DNA of 64,000 nucleotides from Leptogorgia sarmentosa (Eukaryota): NCBI GenBank assembly GCA_964658305.1, contig OZ210885.1, positions 186,001 to 250,000 of the forward strand, read 5' to 3'. Shown piece by piece: positions 37,519 to 55,743 of this stretch (position 1 is its first letter; each line of letters starts with the position of its first letter). The notes under the pieces were generated by a model. It saw only the letters and a program-made list of their open reading frames with translations, ran no database searches and was not told where the DNA came from. The position numbers and the translations under genes were made by a program.

Positions 37519-38780
37519 GTTGTGACCAATCGGGACGAATTGTGGATAAAGCCTATATGGTTTATACGTCACTGTTAAAACTGCAACGCAGGAGTGGTGT
37601 TAGCTAGCGATACCCCGACTGCAGGATGGGGTTATCTTCCTTGACTGAGGCGGTTATGTTCCTCGACAGGGGGTGATAACTGAAAACGTCACTCCCTAAA
37701 GAAGTGAAACTGAAACTGGTTGTTTTCTCCCACATTAGCAGGGGCGTAGGGAAACTGTAATGTATGAGTAGGGAACAAAAATAGGTGCATTCTGTACCTC
37801 TTTCGTTGATTTATAGATATTCAACGAAAAATACTTGTGAAACGGAATTGGTCTTAAAACTATCTACCAACTATACTTGACTATAAACTACAGTCGCGCA
37901 TTTCTAGCGATATATAGTTAAGAATGATAACACTGGGGAGAATGAACATGGCCGCATGATTTGCCTAGGCACCGGTCAGCTAGGAGAGCACTTAATAACA
38001 TAGGGTCAGGCAGGTTAGGCGACCTGGAGGTTCGTAAACTTCCGAACGTGCGGCGATCGCCCCCCGATGACCCTCGACATTACTTAATGTATTAAGTATT
38101 GTATTTCCGAAGATAATTACCGAAGAACACCCGAGCGACAAGGTAGCCTGCAGTGATAGCGGGCATCCCCGATGCGTTCCGCTTGCTTTAGTAAGTCCCT
38201 ACTGGCGATGATCTTCCAGACTCGTTCTGTGCGGATGGTAGGGCCCTTGACGAATTCTTTTCGGTTTTTTTCTTCTTCCTTGACTATCCTTGCTCTTTAA
38301 CACTTTCATAATGTCTGGGATGTTGAAAAACAGGAAGAAAAGAAATTTTGACGTACGCGCATGCGCAATGAAATTTCACATAACGAGTCCCACAACAACC
38401 ACGTCTCAAGAGTGTTATCAATATAGATACGAATCCGGAACATAGCTTATTGGTTCAAATGCTACGACATTGCCTTCCGCTAAAGGACAAGGTGCTTATC
38501 ACATATGGTCTAGGGTTAGGGGCCGATCTGCATCTCCCTGCTCTCTGAGTGTCCTGAATGTAATTGCCTTAGTAAATCCCTACTAGCGATCGTTCCGTTG
38601 GTCAAATTCTCGGTTGTGTATTAGTTGTGACAAAAAGGGACGAATTGTGGATAAAGTCTGTAGTTTATACGTCGCTGTTAAAACGGCTACGCAGGAGTGG
38701 TGTTAGCTAGGGATACCTCGAGGGGGGGGGGGATTATCTCCCTTGACTGCGACGGTTGTGTTTCTCGACGGGGGGTGATA
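37519..38780. repeat. Diverged direct repeat of about 160 bp (37519-37678 and 38624-38780)
   Basis: Shared gggacgaattgtggataaag...tttatacgtc...cgcaggagtggtgttagctag...ccttgactg...ctcgac.ggggggtgata-like core. Confidence 0.85.
37718..37921 (+). repeat. Dispersed repeat; an inverted copy lies at about 45458-45625
   Basis: ttagcaggggcgtagggaaactgtaatgtatgag...gactataaactacagtcgcgcatttctagc matches the reverse complement of 45458-45625. Confidence 0.85.
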
Positions 38781-40230
38781 CTTACCCGGCTGAGTGTATT
38801 GTGTTGCCCCGCATTGCGTATTGAACGTTCCCCGACTGAGGGGGTGATGGAAGATGGAGAAGACTAGCCATCTCTGGGTTCTCTGCTAGCAACAATAATT
38901 TATTCCGAAAATCTTAGTCGCTTTTCGCAGTCTTGGAGGATTGGGGGCAAGAAGTGAAAAAGGGAAAGTTATCGATCGATGATCTCTTCTGACGTTTCGA
39001 TAATTAAGCCAACAGTACTGAGTAACACTATAGTTTGCATAATTATAGTTAATCCATCAGCTCTCGAGTATTTTGATGCACCATCATCCTCAACCATCCT
39101 CCTTCTCCACCATCATTCTCAGCCACCATCCTCAACCACCATCATCCTCGTTATCGTCAACCATCATGCTTGAACTATGGAAAAAGAACCCGGACAGTCG
39201 ACAAATGAAAAATTTAATAAACAAGCCTTGGACTCCTGCCCAATCGACCTCGTTTTGATGTGACTGGTGTCCAGGCCTGGCGTGCACATAGCTATATGTG
39301 CACATGGCGTGCACATGGCTATAGCGTGTACAGATAAATGAAGACCAGTTTAATTATAAAAGGAACTTTTAATACAGTAGTGATCTTACACGAAGAATAA
39401 AAATGCAGTAGAAGTACAACTCCCCCCACCCCCAAAAAAGACTAATAGAGGAAACAGTCGAACGTCCAACGGTCGCTTGAGCCGTCATCTTCAGTTTCAC
39501 ACAGGAGTGCTGACTATCATATTGACACTTCATATTGCTCAATATTTAATACAGGTAGGTGATGTAAACAAACGGGACAAGCACTGTGTTAACAGCATAG
39601 AACTTCTTTCCAGCATCAGATGTGTTGGATAATTCACCAATCTATCAAAAACCATTCACAGTGGGAGGGAATATCAAAGGACGAGATGCCACAACATGGA
39701 TCATTCACCACTGTCGGGATGTGGACACTCCAGCTTACAGAACCTGACCAAGACCTGCAGGTCGGAAACTACCAAGACAAACGACCTTTGCTCGACACAT
39801 TGGATTCTTATGTTATTGTATCGTTTAGGGAGTGAGTGCTACTTCTACTGCATTTCGATGTTGTTATCTGCTACCTACAGTATATTGACGATGTACTATA
39901 GTCTGTTCATCTAAAACTACTATATTGTTGAAATATAACCAAAATACTACTCCGTATACGTGCAAGTCCTGGACTTAACATACAGTTTTTTACAGATGTG
40001 AAACAGTGCCCATGGTTTTGTTTCCCAAGAAAAATGTTTTCTGCGACACATAGAGTGATAAAATTTGTTCCTGACAGAAATGATTTAAATAACTGTGGTT
40101 GATATTGCTTTTCAACAGCGCAAATGGTAGAGTTGTGTTTCCGATGCCACAGAAGCATCGTTGTATATTCATCGGGTCGTTTATCGTTGCAGAGATTCGC
40201 CATCTCATCGAGCTGTATATATTTTAAAGT

Positions 40231-45207
<4,977 letters not shown>

Positions 45208-45457
45208 TTTTCGTTTCATACTTTGCCAATGCACGTGTCTAGTTTATGAGCCAGCGATTCTCCATGTCAATTTTCCTGAGAAACGTCATGTAGGTTATAG
45301 TGTTCGTAGTCCACAGTAGCTGACCCAAGCCTAAAATGGCCGTTTCCGGCGATCTAGAGGCTCTAAATTCTCAAAAGACTCCCCCCCCTCCAATTTCCAA
45401 ACCGTTCCTAACTTCCTACGCCCCTGTGTTCCGGTTACAGTAATATTTCATTCATTC

Positions 45458-45625
45458 CTTAACTATATATAGCTAGAAATGCGCGACTGTAGTTTATAGT
45501 CAAGTAAGTATTTTTGGTCGAATATCTATAAATCAACGAAAGAGGTACAGAAGGCCCCTATTTTTGTTCCCTTCTCATACATTACAGTTTCCCTACGCCC
45601 CTGCTAACGTGGGAGAAAACAAACC
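45458..45625 (-). repeat. Dispersed repeat, inverted copy of 37718-37921
   Basis: Reverse-complement match to 37718-37921 with an internal deletion. Confidence 0.85.
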
Positions 45626-46592
45626 CCTTCTGTATGTGAGAGCAACATGCTCCCTGCTCCCAAATGTTATTTGTTAAAATGACGATTATTTGAAAAAATT
45701 GCAGTTTAAGAGTTCATTACAAGAGGCCCGAATAGCATACTGTAGCCTACTGTACATCTATGGCCCACATATAGAAAGTCAAAATTTAAACCTCGTCATT
45801 ACCATGGCTACGGCCCTAAATTTTACATCTGGGGCGTACGAAAAAGGGGAGTAGGTATAGAGGGACACCCCTTCATCTACGTGGTGAAAAGAAGGTTGTC
45901 AAACACGAAGATTATACATGGAGAGATTTTGCAATCAGACGAATAGAAATTGGATGGTCGGTAAAGTGAGTGGTAGCCAACGTCACAATATTAGAGAATT
46001 CTATGACAATGCCCTTGTGATACATACTGGTTTACAATTCATGTTTTACACTAACCTGTAAATGATATATTGGAATATTGGATTTTATTCATACTGTGTG
46101 TAGTCAAGTAATTATGAAAGCGCGACATCAAAAACTGTACGGTCTGTATGTGTACCATCGTAAATGCCTATACACATTTTGTTCATCAAAATAATAACTG
46201 TAATCATGAAAAACATTGTTTTGGCAGCTAGTATATTAATTGATTTAAAGATAAAACGGGTTAACCGCGGGAGCGCTTTGTATATTACGAATTTTTGTAT
46301 AAAATAATTTTTGCCTAATGATATACTTTTCTTCCCTCGCATGGTGTTTATAAAATTTTTGAAGCAGGAAAATTGACTATTTTCGTTACATACGAAACAT
46401 ACGAAAAACATTTACGAAAACTACCATTACCACTACCACTACCACTACCAAGGCAAATTGCTCAAATTTTCATACTTGAAAGAATAGGTGTACCAAATAT
46501 GGTATAAACCGCTTCAGCTATTTTTATAGAAAAATACAACACCTACAGCATCATCAATTATCCTGAGTTTTTATTTTTATTGAAATGTTTCA

Positions 46593-48363
46593 TTACACCA
46601 GTGCGGCGTTGAGAAATTCATCTAAAAACTTCCCTCTTACACCTGGTTTACATGAATCAGAAAAAGAAGGCAGATTGAATTGTTGACTAAAATGCTTGTC
46701 TTGTTGTAAGGCCTTCAAACTGTAACAGTTGATGATGCCATAACTTGGAGTCTGAAGCCTGCTGAGCCCGCTGTTCACATCACAGCCATTCTTTCTTGTG
46801 TTGTCTTCCACTTCAGTGGGATTTTCAGCCAGGAAAACCACAGATCGCTGGCTCAATGGATCACAGACTGCTTTCCAGAAATATCTGGGAACCACAACTC
46901 GTTTGTTGAGTAAGATTGCTGCTCTAGAATTGTTCTTGACTACTCCACCTGAAAGACAGCACGAAAAAAATGTCAACTTTCCCATGCAAGACTTCCAAAA
47001 TAAATAATAAACAATTATTGAATGAGGTCGAGTAGGATATGAGGAATTATTAATAATTCAGCATATCGTACGAGAACCGAATTTAATAATAGTTTTACTA
47101 TTTATCCGACTTAGTGTAAACGGTTGCATTGTAAACAAGAACGTGTATTTTTCGCCGCTTTTAACATAAACAACAGAAATTAGTCGACGTCATAATGTCA
47201 TATAATTTTCGATATACCACATAATTACGTCATAATGTCGTACTTTAACATTCAGCCAATCAATATAGTGTAAAATTATGTAAAAATGATATAAAAAATA
47301 ACCGCCATATATTTTTACCCGTTCCTGTGAAGACAAAGATTTGTCTATTTTTCTGGTCAGCATATTTTCTCACAGCTTTTTCCAAAGTCGCCCAGTTTCC
47401 TCCGTTGAATAGTTGCCACTGTGGTGCAATGTTGGTGTTTACCATCGTAAGTTTACGACCGCCACGAGTGTTGAAGTCACCGTTAGGAGTGAGGTGGCCA
47501 CGACTATAAAACCTGTTCTTCCTTCTCGCCTGTCGACTAGCTTGACAACGGTAGTCTTTTGAAACGTGTGACTGTCTGTTTGGTGCTTTGAGAAATTGAA
47601 TTTAATCAGTTACTTATTAACAATTAATTGGTTCGTTGGTTCGTTGGTTAGTTTGCTGGTTCGTTGGTTCGTTGGTTCGTTGGTTCGTTGGTTCGTTGGT
47701 TCGTTGGTTCGTTGGTTGGTTTGTTGGTTTGTTGGTTTGTCGGTTTCTTCTGGTTTGTTCGTTGGTCTTGAACTAGAAAACGTTTGCCGTTTTTCGTCAC
47801 AAATCTCTTGTTCCGTTTGCATTAGTGACTCAATTCACATATTTTATTATTATTTTCCCGACATAACGTGAAAATTCCACAGGAATCCAGGCATTAGTTT
47901 AAATTCCTTTGTGTTCCAAAAATTTGGTACTGACTAAATGCGTATTTTACCGCTGTTATTTTAATTAGATGACGTATGAAAATGGGATAACCTTATTATT
48001 TTGGTAAAACTTTGAGTGATATTTACCATATTCTCCAGCCTCATTTCTCCACCTTCCTCTTCCTCCGGTTCGTTTACCCGAGACTGGTTCAACAATATGG
48101 CCACTGAACTCCGGGATGAGTGTATTGTTGTTGTAACACACAGCAAACGAAGCTTGTTGATTGATACCATAACAAAGGCCAAACCGTTCATTACTGCTGC
48201 AATTGACGCCTTTCGAAAGCACAGGATTGGCTCTCTTAGTCCAGTTCTCAAATAGACATGCATTGATATTTGAGTCGAATGCTTGTTTACCCAGTGTTTT
48301 AACACAAAAAAATTGGTAACTAAACATCACCATTGACATAAGAAATGGTTTTGCTTTCATCAT
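46593..48363 (-). CDS. Secreted DNA/RNA non-specific endonuclease (His-Me finger, ENDOD1/NucA-like), 319 aa; exons 48363-48027, 47585-47319, 46948-46593
   Basis: Signal-like N-terminus; YSRGHLTP catalytic motif; TNIAPQW..FNGGNW..LE; FVFTG; VVVPRYFWKAVC. Two phase-1 GT-AG introns. Confidence 0.88.
47628..47765. repeat. (ttggttcg/ttggtttg)n simple repeat
   Basis: Directly visible; lies in an intron. Confidence 0.9.
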
Positions 48364-51300
48364 GTTTAATAAGAAAGTCTAGATATCTGCAAAGAAAAAG
48401 TACATACGAAATATGTAAAAAATTGTCACCAAAATTTCGAGTGAAGTAATCTAATTAAATTTTGTATCGCAGATGCTCATGCATACACCTTAGCTGGGTT
48501 CAAATGGTACACGTAATTTGTCGCCAAAAACGAAACAAAAATTAATTCTTTATTCGACATAAAGAAACTTATGTCCAATCATTTCACGATGGCTATTGCA
48601 GTGAATACTTTCACAGTATAGATTTAAAGCAGCTTTCACTGCTGAACGGGATATTATTGGAGCGAAAATGTCCGAGAATGTGAAACTGCAATACCAATTA
48701 GATTATTTGTTAAAAGAGTGCCGAACCTAGTGCAAATGAAGTCAAACAGAGAACTTAGACAATATTGGTTTCAGCTAGTACATTAAAAGTCCAACGTCTG
48801 AATTAGGTATTCAATATTGACAAAAAATCCATTTGCCATATTTGAAATTGTCACAAGATCAGTAGGAGCAGTCAATTTTTCAAACGCACTGATGCGTCAA
48901 CATAAATTGCGAGAACTCGTTGCGAAGCGGCAAATTATTAAGTAGGATCATTTTCTTGGAACATTTTATCAAAAATGTAAAAAACAGACCTTGGCTATTA
49001 TTGTTCAAAGATAATAATATGGCTGCAGTATAACTGTTACTAAACAGCGGAATTAACACATATTAGATTTTTCTGTAAAATGTCGTGAGCGTGCTTTGAA
49101 TTCATTTGGATCATTCTTATTCGTCTTCCAGGAAACAGTAGAGTTTGATTTTACCTCAAAAAGACGGCCACTACAGCCTGCTTTATCCAATATTATATGC
49201 GGCGGAGTTTAATAACTCGACATGCTTTCAGCAGTTGACGATGATGTAGCTATATAGAGTTTAGGCATGCTTTATCACGTTTACGCTATGCGGACAATAT
49301 CGTTGACATTTTGCCAAGACTATATATTGCACCATCGTATTGCAATGGCACCAACAACATTGATTTATCAATAATTACTATGATGCCTTATGTGCATATG
49401 ATAATACCAGAAACAGCTTTCGCACCAAAATTCAATGCAATAAAATGAAGTATAGTTATACGTAAATGTTGAAAATAGATTGATAAATAAAATAATCAGG
49501 TTTTTATATTACCATATACCAACCTAATCACTTACTCGGTTCTTCTTCAGTGTGGTAAGAGAAGATATTGACAAGTTGTTTTCATAAAATGTGAAAAACG
49601 AACGTCTGAAACAGCACAATGTCTACTCATGTATAGCTTGTATAAAATCGGAGAGATTAATAAGGGCAATAAATGAGCCGAATTTCATTATCCTTACAGT
49701 AAAATTGAAATTGAAATTACTCTATATGCTAACTAATAAGAAAATTATTAGACCATAACGGATCAAAAAGTTCAGATTTTGTTTTTACTTTCTGTTACGA
49801 GCTTAATTTGCCGTGATGTTCACTGAGGTGTTGCCATGCAATGGTTTACAGTTTCAAGAATTTAATATGGCGGGATTTGAAATAAACAACATTTAGTTTA
49901 TGGTTGCCATGTGTCTCAAAAATCAACCAAGATAGCTAAATGATGTCATTATTCACTGAAATATGATATTCTATCTTCTAGTGTTGTTGTCATATTATTA
50001 ATTAAGAAAGCTGTCCGCTATCTTGGAATATTTCTAACAGGCTGTAGGTCAGGTATAGGGTAATGAAAACATTTCAAAATGTGACTAAAATTATATTTCG
50101 GACTCCCCTTTTGAAGCATCAACTTATTACTGATTGAACACGTGGAAACTGCAGCTTATTTTAATTTGCCTAATCTGCTAGCGACGTCACCACAATCATG
50201 AATAAATCAAAGATGGTGGAAACCCCAGCTTATACATATAACCCTGTGAAATTTGCAAACTTCACAGTGTTATATTTTACAATTTTTGCAATTTTGTCCT
50301 GATTAAATGTACCACTTCGAACTTTTTAAAAATTTTGTCTTATTAGGCAATCAGTCCATTCGGGAGGGGCATGTTCTGCGCTATTAATTTTTTGAAATCA
50401 ATTTGATGTAGCATGTGAACTATATATCGGTTGCGAGCGCGCAAGGGTGCTTGGTGCTCTCCAGTGCTAAACTGAGAAGCGCCTGGGTACGAGGCTGGAA
50501 TATTTCCCTTACCATCATTCCCCAATCTCGTATCCTGAGCCTGCGATCTTCGGTTGGAAGTGTTTAGAAGGCTCTGGGATAATCCATGGGGCGAGGGCAA
50601 ATTTCTGTACGTTGACCTAAATGCACATGATTGTGTTAAATGTCATTGAACATTTAGTGAATAGTAAACTCAATGTTTTATCCAAACTAGTGATTATGTT
50701 TTCATGTATTACTGGGTCATCTTTGACTACATTTGAAAATTCTCGCCCTAAATATTTAAAAATATTTATGCCTTCGCTTTTAATGATATACTTATCAAGA
50801 ATATATAAACTATTGTGTATTAAGCTTGTATATCGCAGTTCCTAAACTCGTTCGCACTTCTCATCGAAAATGAACAATGTGCAATTTCAATGTTGTGGCC
50901 AGTGCAGCTAGCGGACAACAACAACATCAGCATCAATATCTGCATCAATATCAACAAGCAGAAAAGGTATACTCAGTTTACTGACGGCCTAAACAATACA
51001 TTATAAGATTCGAGGAAAGGTCTTTGCTCGAAACGTCATTGCATCGTTTAGTTAACGAGTAGAACTGTTTTGTACTTGTTGAAATGCACATAACATGACA
51101 CTCTACAGGTTTGATCTATGGACTGGGTTGATCTAGCTCGGACTAATCATTTCCCTAATTGCTTTATCAAGTATATTAACTTACTATTGCCAGGTTGCAT
51201 AATATTAAACAATAAAATGTTCATTTGAAACGTAGATGCATGTAAACATGGGGAGGAAGTCTTGGAAAGAGATCAGTTGGTCATGTAACTGACGAGTATG

Positions 51301-52712
51301 CGGGATGCAACCGCTTGAAGATCGAGTTTATAACTCCTCTCGGTCTCTTCAACCTGACTGACATCTCATCTTTGATGAGGTGAAAGTGTTCCCATTCTCT
51401 GACGCATTTGTACTTATCACATACATCAAATTAAGTAATCATTAATCATTATTGTCATCATTAATTAAGTAATTATAACAACACCACTTTAAAAATAAAT
51501 GCATAAAACTCTTTATAGCAGGTAAATATTCATTTAATTAAAAAGTGACGCCTACATGCAAATATTTTTTTGTTTTTTACTCTTTCTCTAAGGATTTATC
51601 GACATATTCATGTCGGTGAAGTCATGACTTGTGAAATCTTTATAATAATTATGAGGTTAGCCTATTATTAGGTAGGTCAACGTTTGATCTTTTAACTTTC
51701 ACATGCAAATTAACGCAAATGCTCAAACAACAAAAACTCCCAAGATTGTAGTGTTAACTATTATAAGCGTGAAATGGACGTTTGAACTTATACGTTTTCT
51801 GATTAGATTTTCTATTCGTGTTTCAATCTGCTTGGGTCACGGATTTTCCACTGCAGGGAAAATGCTAAATATATAAGAGAAAACATATTCCGAAAATAAA
51901 CATCTTGTAAGAAGAAGCCAAAGAGGAGTGTGAGTGCAAATGCAATATAGCTTTAAGATGTCCACTGATTTTAACGTCTCTGTCGTCGTCTCACTGAAAC
52001 GTGGCCGTTGATAAACGCGGCGATATCTGAATTGGCAGTTTATTGCAGAGTTTAAGAAACAAGATATAGGTACCATCATGGTAATTCAACCAACCAGTCT
52101 AGTCTGCTGGTTTGCAGTCGGGGAAAAAATTATTTGATCCTTCTAGAATATTGCCGCATCACGAAAGTGTAAGCTGGAGGTGGAAATAGTGAAAACGTAA
52201 GCTTGGGATTTTTTAATTAGCTGAAGACAAGTACGGTTAAAAACCTGTTCAAATACTTCCCAAACATTAAAAATCTTAAAGTACGTAATGTCATAAGTGG
52301 CTCTTCAGATCAATCCTACTAATCCTCCATGCATGCAATCATAATAATGTTCAATAATTGACATTCTGCGTAGGTTCGAAAATCGTATTTACTTATTTAT
52401 CTAGATTTTGAAGCAAAGAATGTCACTAATCTTTGTGTACGTTCAGCTTGCCTGGGCAAGTCAAGTTTAATGTTCTCGCACTATTATTACAACTATGTAA
52501 CACATGTTTTCCTATAAATTTGTGATTAACGCTTGCGCGCTAAGGGGACTGGTACGAGTTATGGTTATGATTTCAAAGACGTTTGTCAGCGGTGGGCAAA
52601 GATTATCAATAATGATTTATTGCGGAATAGGATGTCATTTTAATTGATGGAAAAATTGTATTGAAAGGCAGTGCTCTCAGATGTTCATTATACTGATGTT
52701 CATTATAGTTGT

Positions 52713-52873
52713 CCCTTACGAAAAATACACACGTAAAAACCCACATGTGAAACACATGTGGTTCACATGTGGAATTGGAACAATCACATGTGATTCACAT
52801 ATGATTCACATATGATTCACATATGATTCACATGTGATTCACATGTGAAACACATGTGTATTTTTCATAAGGG
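52713..52873. mobile_element. Small MITE with CCC...GGG termini and internal (cacatgtgatt) repeats
   Basis: cccttacgaaaaatacaca / tgtgtatttttcataaggg TIRs; flanked by gt on both sides. Confidence 0.75.
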
Positions 52874-53006
52874 GTGTGCTGCTGACTGCATGTGTGCGAT
52901 GTTCTTATTCCCAATTTATTGCAGTGATAAACAAGTTAGGGCTACCATGCTGTTTTGAAGACTAAGAAAAAGTGAAGTAAAGTAAAAGATGGACCAATTG
53001 CATAAT

Positions 53007-53399
53007 AGACAATTTTTTCAAAAATCTCGAAATAGTACAATTCATAGCAACAGTGTTAAAGAGCATCTCAAATTCCAAATTAGTAGAAATGCAAAGTTTG
53101 GGAGCGAAATGTTTTAAAATGTGCAAGATATGACCCTATAAAGTTTGCAAATTTTGTATGATTTTAGTAGCCTATTACGCACAGCAAATTGATACCCCTG
53201 TCCCCTGTCAAGAAAAGGATATCAATTTTGCGTGCGTAATACTAAAATATACAAAATGTGCAAACTTCACAGGGGTATAATTTTCGCATTTTACAACATT
53301 TCGCAACCAAACTCTGCAATTTTACTCACTTTGGCAAAGTTAGAATTTAACGCTATTATTATGAATTGTACTATTTCGAACTTTTTAAAATTTTGTCCA
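53007..53399. mobile_element. About 390-bp foldback MITE; partial copy at about 50236-50342
   Basis: tcgaaatagtacaattcata / tatgaattgtactatttcga, aagtttgca / tgcaaactt and tattacgcac / gtgcgtaata inverted matches. Confidence 0.75.
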
Positions 53400-55743
53400 A
53401 AGCATAGCTGGCATGCCCGAACGGCGTGTGTTGAAGCCAGTAGTTTAAACTCTTCCCATGCAATGCCTTACAAACGTAGTGGGCTGAATAATTATATTCT
53501 TATCCGCAAATCGATGGTATCACATTTCCAATCATATATAATGTATTTGTTGAATTTTATGTGAATGACCAAATACTGATAGATACTTTAGCAAATGTGT
53601 TCTTGTTTTTTGTTTCGTGTTGCAGTATCGTGTTGGAAACGTTCCATAAGAACAAAGAGCTTTGTTGGCATTGGGTAAAATTAGCTACTGAGATGAGTGT
53701 TGGAATAGGATGCGATTGGGTAAAATTAGCTTTTGATGAGATGAGTGTTGAAATAGGATGCGATTCAAATGAAAATAACACAAGCAAGAATTAATTATGC
53801 ACTTATAGATTGGCAGATAATTTTTTATTCAATTGTTCTCTTATGAAATCAGCCGCGATACTAAAAAAACAAGCGGTACCTGTTCCAACTTTTCAACTGT
53901 CAACATATTCATTAAATTTCTAATAGAAAGCAATATGTGTCATAATCGTCAAGATAAATATTCCCTTTCTCGGACACACTCCATCGTTGTCAAAACATCC
54001 ATTAAGAATAACACCAAACTCATCAGGACACATTCAGTAACCTTTCATTTGCCGCACCTAATGTTAATGAGCTATAGGTTCGTTGCTTGAGCTTATTTGT
54101 ATTAAGTTCAGCTCATGAAAAGTTTGATGTCTGCACTGGGCCTTACAGACGAATTAAAATCATAACAAACTAATAAGCAGGAAAAAATTGAGTTTGCAGA
54201 CTTTGAAATAATTATGCCAATGTGAATATTTTATTTCTACTTTGTTCTTCTAGTATTCGTTGACATGTATACCATATATCATGCTAGTAAGGTTTGTAAT
54301 TTTTGCAATATTAGCGTGTAAAACTGTCGATAATTGTGTGGGAGGGGGACGCATCATATTCATACATCTCTTGAAATCGAATGCGAACACAATTAATTCC
54401 TTTTGAAATCGATTGTTTTTGCAGTGTGTGATAGCACAAATATATGAACATGATTTAAGTACTGTATACGTACAGTTGACGAGCTGTAAGCAAAAAATTC
54501 TTTATATCAACAAAGAATAGTTTATTCCACAAGGCGTCGATATGATGTATCACGTCTATTAACGGAATAGGACGCGATTAAAAAGGAAATACCAGAATTT
54601 TATTTTGTATAATTGTAAACCGAATGATCACATTTCAATCATTTAAATCTGAACAGGCTGCAGCAGTGAATCATTCACGATTGCTCTTGGTCCGCGATAG
54701 CATCAAACAAGTAAGGAAGAGAAGAAAACCAAAAAAAGTGAGAAAGATTTTTGATTTTCAGTTTAGACCAGGTAGTCGGCAAATAATTTGATGTTCTATA
54801 GTGTTGTTTACCCATTTTATTGTGATGTATGATGCGATATTGCACATACAACTCATATGCATGCATGTTCAAAATTTATTTTCGTTGTGCAAGATATTAT
54901 ACACTGTACAGTTTGATAGTTATTTCAAACTTGAGATTGACGAAGAATTTGAGTTAGATTTGCTTCTGGCTTCGTAATCGGACTGGCTTGACGCCAAAAA
55001 GGCTGCTTTTTTCACGCACAGTATAGCGGGGTGAGGGCCTTCTACCTTTTGATCAAGTCTATATAAAACATGTTTATCATAGTTGGCATAGTCCATGCTG
55101 GAATATTAAACAATTATTGCATGAAATGTTCCTGCAGTTTCCTGCACCAATAGAAGGACCATGCAGCCTGTTGAAGAAAGCCAGAAAAGATTATGTAATC
55201 ATGATACGCCGCCATGTGCAAACGCTTGTGTAGCTAGAGATCTTTTTTGAAATGATATTTATGGTATATACTTTATGCACATTAGGAAGATTGGGGTACC
55301 ACATGCATAAAGGCACGTTCACTTGGAAGTGTTTATAAGCACTTAATTTATAAGTACGTAAGCATTTGCCTCAGAGCTCTGTGGGCCCAAACATAACATA
55401 ACTTGTACTGTCATAATAAGTATAACTGTATATTGTACGTTATTTTGAACTGCCTTATTACCATGTTCCGTCCTTCTATCAGCATGAAATTCTTTCCGAC
55501 AACATTTGACATTGCTATCTTCTATCTACACTGGCCAAATATCAAAATTTGTTTGGGTTTTTCATTGTATTCGCTGTCTCTAAAAACATGGCGTTGATTG
55601 GTATATTATCCATTGGTATTATTAAAAATATTATAGCCCATTGTCGTTGCTATAGCTATTATCAGAGGTATTGTACGTCAAAGCAGGTCAAATCATATCC
55701 TTCCTCTCTTCTTTTTTCTCAGAACCATAAAAAGTGATCAGTG

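Noticed and set aside
38510..38521. TAGGGTTAGGG, which reads as a telomerase RNA template on the minus strand
   Set aside because: No convincing pseudoknot, CR4/5 or H/ACA domain was identified; similar short telomere-like motifs occur elsewhere in the window.
38778..38935. U1 snRNA-like start ATACTTACC, followed by cattgc and ataattt
   Set aside because: Lacks the U1 loop I (GATCACGAAG), the correct motif spacing, a proper Sm site and the terminal stem.
39755..39775. caggtcggaaac resembling SRP RNA helix 8
   Set aside because: The following AGCAG and the Alu domain are absent; it probably lies in the PRMT1 3' UTR.
51005..51045. Penelope-type hammerhead remnant (ctcgaaacgtc; similar at about 17050 and 38990)
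   Set aside because: The CTGANGA catalytic core is missing.
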